Source of the DNA: a virus
Virus record (IMG/VR): IMGVR_UViG_3300023218_000158
Strand: one strand, 5' to 3'
DNA: 44,610 bases
Position numbers and translations under genes: made by a program. Under the pieces are notes generated by a model. That model saw only the letters and a list, made by a program, of their open reading frames with translations, was not told the origin of the DNA and ran no database searches. Below, one piece after another: positions 32,493 to 39,228 of the stretch (position 1 is the stretch's first letter; each line of letters opens with the position of its first letter).

Positions 32493-33053
32493 ATGCGATT
32501 ACTAACAATTTTTTTCACAATGTTTTTTCTAATGCACGGGGGCCCTTGTGCTCATGCCGGGAATTTTTTTGCAGTGGGCAAGCAAGATGCTAAGACGGTT
32601 TACGCAGGCAAAGGCAAGTGTGAAAAAGCAGAAGGTGTTCGTTGCTATGATATTTCGCAATGCGTCCCGGAAGTTTGCGAACTAGAAGAGTATCTCACGG
32701 GCGTTCCCGCCAAGAACAGCCCTGTTATAAACGAACAGCCCTGCGCGGACGAAGACTCTTGTGCTCAGCAAATGGGGCAGTCCGATTACTGCGCTAACGA
32801 CGAGCTTGGTTTTTACGGAGACCGGGACGGAGACGAAAGTCTGGAGTCGTGGTGCGTAAAGCAAGCTAAGGACAAAAGGCTTGCCGTTGACGAAGCAAAG
32901 AAACAAGCTAGACAAGAAGCCAGGGAGCAAGCTCGTCGAGTGAAACTTCAAAGAGTGCAGGACTTGAATCAGTGCCGAGACTCTGCAAATATGAATGTAG
33001 CAGAATTGCACTCGTGCTTGCGTAAGCTTTTAGCACACATTTTGGGAGAGTAA
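32493..33053 (+). CDS. Secreted Cys-rich protein with a C-terminal coiled coil
   Basis: 186 aa. Signal-peptide-like MRLLTIFFTMFFLMHGGPCAHA, about 11 Cys, K/Q/R/E-rich C-terminus. Confidence 0.5.
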   Translation: MRLLTIFFTMFFLMHGGPCAHAGNFFAVGKQDAKTVYAGKGKCEKAEGVRCYDISQCVPEVCELEEYLTGVPAKNSPVINEQPCADEDSCAQQMGQSDYCANDELGFYGDRDGDESLESWCVKQAKDKRLAVDEAKKQARQEAREQARRVKLQRVQDLNQCRDSANMNVAELHSCLRKLLAHILGE

Positions 33054-33066
33054 GAGAGACTAGGAA

Positions 33067-33321
33067 ATGCTTTCATTAATAGTTCAATGGCTTGCAAAAA
33101 GTAACGCTGCAAAAGTTGGAACAGGAGCCATGACTGGCGGAGGTTTTTTGGCTCTTATTTTTACTTTGCATCAGGACGTCAAAAGCGATATTAGACAAGA
33201 AACTATGGACCGCAAAGAATATGTCGAGCTTGTTGTTAAGCCATTAAAAGAAGACACAAAAGAAACAAAACAGCTTGTTAAAGAAATTAGAGATTATTTA
33301 ATAAAACAAAAAAACCCATAA
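33067..33321 (+). CDS. Single-TM small protein; holin or i-spanin candidate
   Basis: 84 aa. One TM (GAMTGGGFLALIFTL) followed by a highly charged tail. Located near the amidase. Confidence 0.35.
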   Translation: MLSLIVQWLAKSNAAKVGTGAMTGGGFLALIFTLHQDVKSDIRQETMDRKEYVELVVKPLKEDTKETKQLVKEIRDYLIKQKNP

Positions 33322-33335
33322 AGGAGGGAACCAAA

Positions 33336-33608
33336 ATGGAATCAGTCGAAACTGTAGAAGTAACAATGCAGGTCGGTAAAGAATCAAAAGACGTTGCGGA
33401 CGTTTTAGCAGAACTTGTTAAGGACATTCGCGATGGCAAAACTGTCGGTGCTTTGACCGAAAATGTGCAAGGAATTATGAAAGCTGTTGAAGGTTATGAC
33501 AAGCTTGACGATGAACAAAAACATGCTTCCGCACATGGCACTCGCGCTTACCTTGCGATGAAACTTTCTGAAGCTATTGAATACCAACCACAAGCTCAAG
33601 AATCCTAA
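33336..33608 (+). CDS. Hypothetical acidic protein (90 aa)
   Basis: ORF with an AAGGAGGGA SD. Helical and acidic. Confidence 0.5.
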   Translation: MESVETVEVTMQVGKESKDVADVLAELVKDIRDGKTVGALTENVQGIMKAVEGYDKLDDEQKHASAHGTRAYLAMKLSEAIEYQPQAQES

Positions 33609-33637
33609 TTTGAGCTTTGCAAATCCTTTCAACTAAA

Positions 33638-33675
33638 ACGGCCAGCGGCTTAAAAAAGGCCCTGGCCGTTTTTCT
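33638..33675 (+). terminator. Rho-independent terminator
   Basis: ACGGCCAG...CTGGCCGT stem with an inner GGC/GCC extension, followed by TTTTT. Confidence 0.7.
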
Positions 33676-33687
33676 ATGGAGGCTTCA

Positions 33688-34407
33688 ATGCGAAAATTTT
33701 TAATTTTATTTTTTCTACTTTCGTCTTGTTCGATGGGTCATATAAGACCCAATCTCTCAACTGATATTGATTACCAAAAAGATCTTTTAATGAAAGTGCG
33801 GCACTGGGGCGGCCAGGAGTGGTCTGATTATAAAAAAATAGAGGGCATGGGAGTTATCCCAAAAGCGAAAGGCTATAAAATAAGAATTGAGCCTCCCGGT
33901 AAAGCGGACATGATTACGGTTTTAAGTTGCCACAGGGAGTGGAAAACTCCTAATCCCGAAAAAAGAGGAGGTTGGTTTTCAAAACGCTATTATGAATTTG
34001 AAATTTGGCCTACTGAAGACATTGAGTCCGAGAAAACTTGTCCTTTTGACGCGGGAGTTTATGAAAAAGACAACGGCAGACATGCTTGGGGCTACCTTGT
34101 TATTGATTCTAAAAGGGAAAAGCTCGGGGCCACAGTTAAATGCAACGGGCGCACAAAAGTTTTTGGCGGCACGAGTGTTTGTCAAGCTAAGGAGGGGCTT
34201 ATCCAGTCCATTCATTTTGACCGACCTGTTATTTCAACCGAAGTCCCTGGTTGCGAAATAAGAAAAGCAAAGGATAAAAGAAATTGGGTTTTTATTATGC
34301 CTGGCGGGGAGTGCACTGTCTTTTTTGTGGACGAAAAAAACCCAAAAAACTTTCATAAGCTTGTGATGTTTGGTTATGATACTATTCCGATTAGAGGAGT
34401 CGAATAA
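33688..34407 (+). CDS. Lipoprotein, unknown function
   Basis: MRKFLILFFLLSSC lipobox (LSSC). GGAGG SD 5 nt upstream of the ATG at 33688. ~239 aa, Cys-containing mature part. Confidence 0.6.
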   Translation: MRKFLILFFLLSSCSMGHIRPNLSTDIDYQKDLLMKVRHWGGQEWSDYKKIEGMGVIPKAKGYKIRIEPPGKADMITVLSCHREWKTPNPEKRGGWFSKRYYEFEIWPTEDIESEKTCPFDAGVYEKDNGRHAWGYLVIDSKREKLGATVKCNGRTKVFGGTSVCQAKEGLIQSIHFDRPVISTEVPGCEIRKAKDKRNWVFIMPGGECTVFFVDEKNPKNFHKLVMFGYDTIPIRGVE

Positions 34408-35333
34408 TGTTGTCTTTTTTAGGAAGTGTGTTGTCGTTTTTAGGTCCTGTTATTTTATGGGGCATTAAAACTTTTGTTAAAAACCAAGAGGCCAGGGAGC
34501 GAAGAGTAAAAAATTACTATGAATTCTTGGCTCAAATTGACAAAGGAAGTGCTGCGAAAGTGGCCAATTATATTGCGGCAGAGCGCGATTTAAAACGTGT
34601 CCAAAGGGAAATTCGCGAAAAAGAGCTTATAGAGCCCTCAAGAGAGACCGCAACCGAGGTAAAAAAGCCTTATGAAGTGCCTCAAATTGTAGAAGTTGAA
34701 GTTGAGGCCAAAACGCACGGCAAATATCTGACAGAAAGCGGAAAAGCGCAAGGTTTAGTGGTGCATTTTACTGCAGGGAGGTATGAAAAAGGGGCGAAAT
34801 CGGCCAAAAATACCCTCCAATACCTAGCAAAAAAGGGCCTATGTTGCCTAGTTATGGACGTTAATGGGGTCGTTTATAAGGCTAAAAGCCAAGATTTAGA
34901 CGAAATTGGTTGGCACGCTGGCGAGTCTGAATTTAAAGATAAAAAAGGTATGAGCCGTTATTTACTGGGCATGGAAATTTGCAACGCCGGAAAACTTATT
35001 GAAAAAGAAGGTAAGTTTTTTCCGTGGTGGTCTTTTAGTGAAGAAAAACTTTTGCCCGACCAAGAGCCAATCCATTCGGTCAACCGAATTGATTTTCAGT
35101 CGTCCAACCAAAAACCCGGCGTTTACCATAAATTCACATGGGCACAGGAGCAAAGCCTTATTAATTTTATTTTGTGGCAGCTCGACGTTAATCCTGAATT
35201 TAAAATAAGCCACGTTGTTGGGCACGACGAAATCGCGCCGGGGCGCAAAAATGACCCGGGCGGTAGTCTGTCCATGACTATGCCGGAGTTTCGGAATATG
35301 ATATACGAAAAGTCTAAGGAGCTTGACTTATGA
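34407..35333 (+). CDS. N-acetylmuramoyl-L-alanine amidase (Amidase_2/PGRP-type endolysin) with an N-terminal membrane anchor
   Basis: LVVHFTAG, IGWHAGES, LGMEICNAG and HVVGHDEIAPGRKNDPG motifs (T7-lysozyme fold). N-terminal hydrophobic segment MLSFLGSVLSFLGPVILWGI. Confidence 0.85.
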   Translation: MLSFLGSVLSFLGPVILWGIKTFVKNQEARERRVKNYYEFLAQIDKGSAAKVANYIAAERDLKRVQREIREKELIEPSRETATEVKKPYEVPQIVEVEVEAKTHGKYLTESGKAQGLVVHFTAGRYEKGAKSAKNTLQYLAKKGLCCLVMDVNGVVYKAKSQDLDEIGWHAGESEFKDKKGMSRYLLGMEICNAGKLIEKEGKFFPWWSFSEEKLLPDQEPIHSVNRIDFQSSNQKPGVYHKFTWAQEQSLINFILWQLDVNPEFKISHVVGHDEIAPGRKNDPGGSLSMTMPEFRNMIYEKSKELDL

Positions 35334-37195
35334 GCATTGTCACAACTTTTCCTTTTGATAACGCATCAAACTACACACTCAATAATGCGCAAGTTGCTGG
35401 CGGAGTTGGAAAGCTGGGTCTTGTAGACAATCCAGGGCAGCTATTTGAAGAGGATTTTGCAGACGACACTGGTTTTACATTTAATAATTCTTTGGCCGAA
35501 TTTGTAGGGGGCCAAGTCCAACAAAGCGACCAAACTCCGGCGGACTCCGTTTTAGCCGCTCTTTATTCGAGTAATAGGGACGCTAATTGGAATAAAGACG
35601 GAAGTCTGACGGCAGCTTTGAGAGGCTCTCCGTCAGTTAGTGGGGGAAAGCTTGTCTGTACAGGAGACCAAGGGGTGTCTTATTCTATATCGACAATCAT
35701 CCCTCAAGGTGCGGCAAAATTTAAGTATCAACCAAATTTTAGCGGTGCGCCTCCGTCGAATATTAATATTTTTTCAATGCTCGGAAGCGTTGGCGGCGAA
35801 AGGCTTCTACTTTCTCAGTCGCCAAGTGGTGATAACTTTAGAGTATTTTTAACTAATGATGCGGGCGGCGTATTATTAAACGCCTCACAAATAGGTCCGA
35901 ACAGCATAAATTTGCAATCTGATACGGAATATGAAATAGAGCTTAATTGGGATAACTCGACGGGAGTCATAAGGCTTTTTCTAAACGGCGCTTTGCATGG
36001 CTCTTTAAGTCCAGGGGCTTGGGCCTTTAGTGGCTCGGCGACAGTTCACATGGGCGCAATAGCGACCCCTTATGCAAGAGCCGAGGCATCTTTTGACGAT
36101 TTTGTGATATTTGACAGTGTTCAACACACATCGGCTTATACTGCCGGGTATGGTTTACCTGCTTTTATCTATTCCAATTCAACTGTGGAATTGCCTGCAT
36201 TTAGCTATACGGGCCTTGGGACTATTCAAGCCGTTGAAAGCTCTACCATTACGGAAGCCGGCGCGCCCCGCTACATAGTTGCTGGTTTTTACTGGGACGG
36301 GTCCGAGTGGACGGCCTCCGATGGGACTTATGCCCAGGCTAATGATTCGGCGACAGTTATTGCCAATTTAACAGAACTAAACGTAACGGGTGCAGAAAAT
36401 GTTCCGGTTTCTATTGTTTTTCCTGACACTAACGCGCAGTCTTCAGTTGATTTAGTTTCTGTGACACTTACGGGCCAGAAATTCGCCACGGAAGGCTCTT
36501 TGCTTACAAATTCTGGCTTTGTGGCCCAGGAGATTAATTCTTTTTCTGCCACTGAAGCTATTAAGCCCACGGGAACTGATATTTTTTATATCGCTAATGT
36601 GAACACACAAGATAAGTATTGGGACGGCAGCGCTTGGGTCGACAGTGACGGCACAAGCTCCCAAGCTAACAATTTATCGGATTTTCAAACTAACATAACA
36701 ACTCTTTTAAAAGAAAACTCAACCGTAAAATTAAAAGTTATTTTAAAAACCACAGACCAACAATTGACAAGTGAAATTGATTTACTTTCTGTGGACTATG
36801 ATTTCGGAGCACTTGCGCCTCCTCAGCCCACACAAGCCCGTGTGTATGGCTTTTTAAAAGATACGGAAAATAAGCCCGTAGCCAACGCGAAAGTCACTGT
36901 GCAAGCTAACAGGGCGCTTGACGAGTACACTGAAGCGGCTGACAGAATCATTACAAAAGTAAGCTCGCAACAAACTGACGATAATGGTTTCTTTAGTTTT
37001 AATTTAATAATTTCTAGCGAATTTGAAGTTGGCGGGGCACAGCCCATGCAGTATAAATTGACAATTGAACCTGAAAACGCGCAACTTCCTGTTTTTAAAA
37101 ATGGAGTTGACGGCGGTGGTAATGCAAAAGACATTTTATTTGAAGTTCCAAACTCGCCAGAGGTCAACATTACCAGTCAAATAGGGGCTATCTAA
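35330..37195 (+). CDS. LamG/concanavalin-like jelly-roll protein with a C-terminal prealbumin-like (CarboxypepD_reg-like) domain
   Basis: 621 aa. GGKLVCTGDQGVSY...FKYQPNF...FRVFLTNDAGG...YEIELNWDNSTGVIRLFLNG pattern. C-terminal ARVYGFLKDTENKPVANAKVTVQA. ATGA overlap with the amidase gene. Confidence 0.55.
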   Translation: MSIVTTFPFDNASNYTLNNAQVAGGVGKLGLVDNPGQLFEEDFADDTGFTFNNSLAEFVGGQVQQSDQTPADSVLAALYSSNRDANWNKDGSLTAALRGSPSVSGGKLVCTGDQGVSYSISTIIPQGAAKFKYQPNFSGAPPSNINIFSMLGSVGGERLLLSQSPSGDNFRVFLTNDAGGVLLNASQIGPNSINLQSDTEYEIELNWDNSTGVIRLFLNGALHGSLSPGAWAFSGSATVHMGAIATPYARAEASFDDFVIFDSVQHTSAYTAGYGLPAFIYSNSTVELPAFSYTGLGTIQAVESSTITEAGAPRYIVAGFYWDGSEWTASDGTYAQANDSATVIANLTELNVTGAENVPVSIVFPDTNAQSSVDLVSVTLTGQKFATEGSLLTNSGFVAQEINSFSATEAIKPTGTDIFYIANVNTQDKYWDGSAWVDSDGTSSQANNLSDFQTNITTLLKENSTVKLKVILKTTDQQLTSEIDLLSVDYDFGALAPPQPTQARVYGFLKDTENKPVANAKVTVQANRALDEYTEAADRIITKVSSQQTDDNGFFSFNLIISSEFEVGGAQPMQYKLTIEPENAQLPVFKNGVDGGGNAKDILFEVPNSPEVNITSQIGAI

Positions 37196-37530
37196 TGAAT
37201 AGAATCGAGAGAAAAGCTAAACACATTGTCGGGCAACTTAATATTTTAAAAAATGTCATAATATCCCAGGACATAGGTCTGGATAGACAAAAGCTCGACC
37301 CGATTTTAAAACAGTTTGAGATTGAGCTTAAAAAGCAACTTCAAGAGATTATAAGAGAGGCCAATAAACCAGTGCCTCCTCGGGACCCAAAAGCGATTTT
37401 AAACGAAATTCTTAGGCTTAAGGACGTTACTCCTGAAATTTTGGCAGAAATCGAGCGTTTGAAAAAAGAAATAAAAAGCTCCTCAAAAAAGAAATCTAAG
37501 AAAAAATCAGGTAAAAAGTCCAAAGGATAA
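37195..37530 (+). CDS. Coiled-coil protein with a Lys/Ser-rich tail
   Basis: 111 aa. The C-terminus is SSSKKKSKKKSGKKSKG. Confidence 0.5.
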   Translation: MNRIERKAKHIVGQLNILKNVIISQDIGLDRQKLDPILKQFEIELKKQLQEIIREANKPVPPRDPKAILNEILRLKDVTPEILAEIERLKKEIKSSSKKKSKKKSGKKSKG

Positions 37531-37589
37531 AAGCCCAATTTAATAGGCAAAATTTGCCTATTTCTAAAGCCCCATCGTTTAATTGGCCT

Positions 37590-38309
37590 ATGAGTACACG
37601 CAAGCGAGACCTCATAATCGGCATAGGTGACATGCACCTCCCCTTTGTCTCTATGCCGGTTTTTAATTGGATTTTAAATCAAGTTATTAGAAAACATAAA
37701 AACCGCATTTACGCTATTGTTCAAATGGGCGATCTTTATGATCGGTTTTCTTATTCGAGATTTCCTAAAAGGCTTATAATGACTCCCAGAGAGGAGACAT
37801 ATCAGGGCTATGACATGGCTGAGAAAATGTGGGCCAGAATCAGAAAAGCCGCCCCAAAAGCCAAACTTTTTCAGATAAAAGGAAACCACGATGCAAGGCT
37901 AGCTAAAAGAATCGTGGAAATAATGCCCGAACTCGACCACTTAATTGATTATAAAGAGCTTTATGAATTTGACGGGGTGGAAACTATACACGACGAAAGC
38001 GAAAGTCTTGAAATAAGGGGTTGGCATTTTATCCACGGTTTTACAAAGCCGGGTAAACACATTGAAGCCGTCCATTTTAATAACGTAGTCTGCGCCCATA
38101 CGCACAAAGGGGGCACTTGGTCAAAAAGGCTACATCAAAAGAAAAATCCAAAAGTTTTAACAGAATTAAATTGCGGTTATGTTGGAGACCCTTTTCACGA
38201 GGCGCTAGTTTATAGGCCATTAAAAAAGTTTTTTGACTGGACGTGGGGTGTTGGGGCCATTGACGGCATGGGCGGGCGCTTTATCCCTTATAGCGGCAGG
38301 TTAAAATGA
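37590..38309 (+). CDS. PPP-family-like metallophosphoesterase (lambda Ser/Thr phosphatase / ApaH-like motif set)
   Basis: IGIGDMHLP (GDxH), VQMGDLYDRFS (GDxxDR), IKGNHDAR (GNHD), FIHG, CAHTH. The start is uncertain (TTG at 37554 or ATG at 37590). Confidence 0.75.
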   Translation: MSTRKRDLIIGIGDMHLPFVSMPVFNWILNQVIRKHKNRIYAIVQMGDLYDRFSYSRFPKRLIMTPREETYQGYDMAEKMWARIRKAAPKAKLFQIKGNHDARLAKRIVEIMPELDHLIDYKELYEFDGVETIHDESESLEIRGWHFIHGFTKPGKHIEAVHFNNVVCAHTHKGGTWSKRLHQKKNPKVLTELNCGYVGDPFHEALVYRPLKKFFDWTWGVGAIDGMGGRFIPYSGRLK

Positions 38310-38641
38310 AGTGGAAAATTAAAATAATGGGAGCTTGCTGGGTTTATAAGCTTTTATCTGAAATGGAGTTTTTAGCAGAGCATCCTGATTGCGAAGACTC
38401 GGACGCTTTAACTCTCCCCGGAAAACGAGAAATTCATTTTAAAATAGGCGAAGTCAGCGCCGGCACGATAAGACACGAGCTAAGACACGCTTACACGGCG
38501 GAGCTTTGTCTTGATTCTGCCGACATAACAGCCGCTCAAATGGAAGAAATCCAATGCACATTAGACCAAAACCGCTGGGAAGAAATGCACAATTTAGCCC
38601 ATAAAATGTTAGTGGCTTTGGAAAAACACTCAAAAATCTAA
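38306..38641 (+). CDS. Small HExxH (minimal zincin-like) protein
   Basis: 111 aa. TIRHELRHAY motif. ATGA overlap with the phosphatase gene. Confidence 0.45.
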   Translation: MKWKIKIMGACWVYKLLSEMEFLAEHPDCEDSDALTLPGKREIHFKIGEVSAGTIRHELRHAYTAELCLDSADITAAQMEEIQCTLDQNRWEEMHNLAHKMLVALEKHSKI

Positions 38642-38851
38642 AGCCAAAGCCTCTTCGACTGTGTGTTTTAGATAGCAAAGTTGGAAAATTGCTTTATCTT
38701 TTTCAGGACCTTCGGGGAGTAACCGGTTTAAAAGAAAAACAAGCTCTCTATTTTTCTGATTAACAGCTTGCGCTTTTATTAAAGCTCGCTCTTTTAGTTT
38801 TTCACTTTTTAATTCTATTGGAAAAAGTTCGTCGAGTTGTTTTTCAGTCAT
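38630..38851 (-). CDS. Hypothetical helical protein (73 aa); coding status doubtful
   Basis: ORF without an obvious SD. It lies downstream of a strong minus-strand terminator and overlaps the end of the plus-strand arm by 12 nt. Ends in ...ALDF. Confidence 0.35.
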   Translation of the reverse strand: MTEKQLDELFPIELKSEKLKERALIKAQAVNQKNRELVFLLNRLLPEGPEKDKAIFQLCYLKHTVEEALALDF

Positions 38852-38859
38852 GTAAAAAT

Positions 38860-38897
38860 TTTAGAAAAGATTGCGCACATGGGCAACCATGCGCGCA
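38860..38897 (-). terminator. Rho-independent terminator of the leftward (replication) arm
   Basis: Minus-sense RNA: UGCGCGCAUGG-UUGC-CCAUGUGCGCA (11 bp including one G-U) followed by AUCUUUUCU. On the plus strand the same stem has an A-C mismatch. Confidence 0.65.
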
Positions 38898-38905
38898 TTG
38901 ATTTT

Positions 38906-39136
38906 TTATTTACGCTCTTTAACTTCAGCTAAAGACTTATATTGGCGGGCGTAAGCAAGAAGAGGTTGTAAACCCACACGTTTGCCGCTTTCTAAAAGCA
39001 TAGCCTCTTTAACCATAAGTTTTTCTAGGTCTGCCAGAGACTTAAGTTGGCTGGCTTTCTTTTCAGCATCGGCTTTTTTTGGGTCTTTTTCGACTTTAGC
39101 CTCTTGTTTTTTACTTTCATCTTGTTTTTTACTCAT
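38906..39136 (-). CDS. Hypothetical Lys/Glu-rich protein (76 aa)
   Basis: ORF with an SD-like AGGAG upstream. Low-complexity N-terminus and helical C-terminus. Confidence 0.5.
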   Translation of the reverse strand: MSKKQDESKKQEAKVEKDPKKADAEKKASQLKSLADLEKLMVKEAMLLESGKRVGLQPLLAYARQYKSLAEVKERK

Positions 39137-39228
39137 TTTGAAAAAACTCCTGTTTTTGGTTGTTAGTAATAATTTTTTCAGCCCTCAAGATAACGCTCTG
39201 AGGGCGCAAAGTCACGCCTTGCAGCGTG

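Noticed and set aside
39137-39228. Two hairpins (GCCCTCA-N11-TGAGGGC and CACGC-N6-GCGTG) after the primase-helicase gene, considered as a terminator
   Set aside because: Neither hairpin is followed by a U-run in minus-sense RNA; an A-run follows instead. The next gene continues the operon 90 nt later. They may be RNA processing or stability elements, but I cannot support a terminator call.
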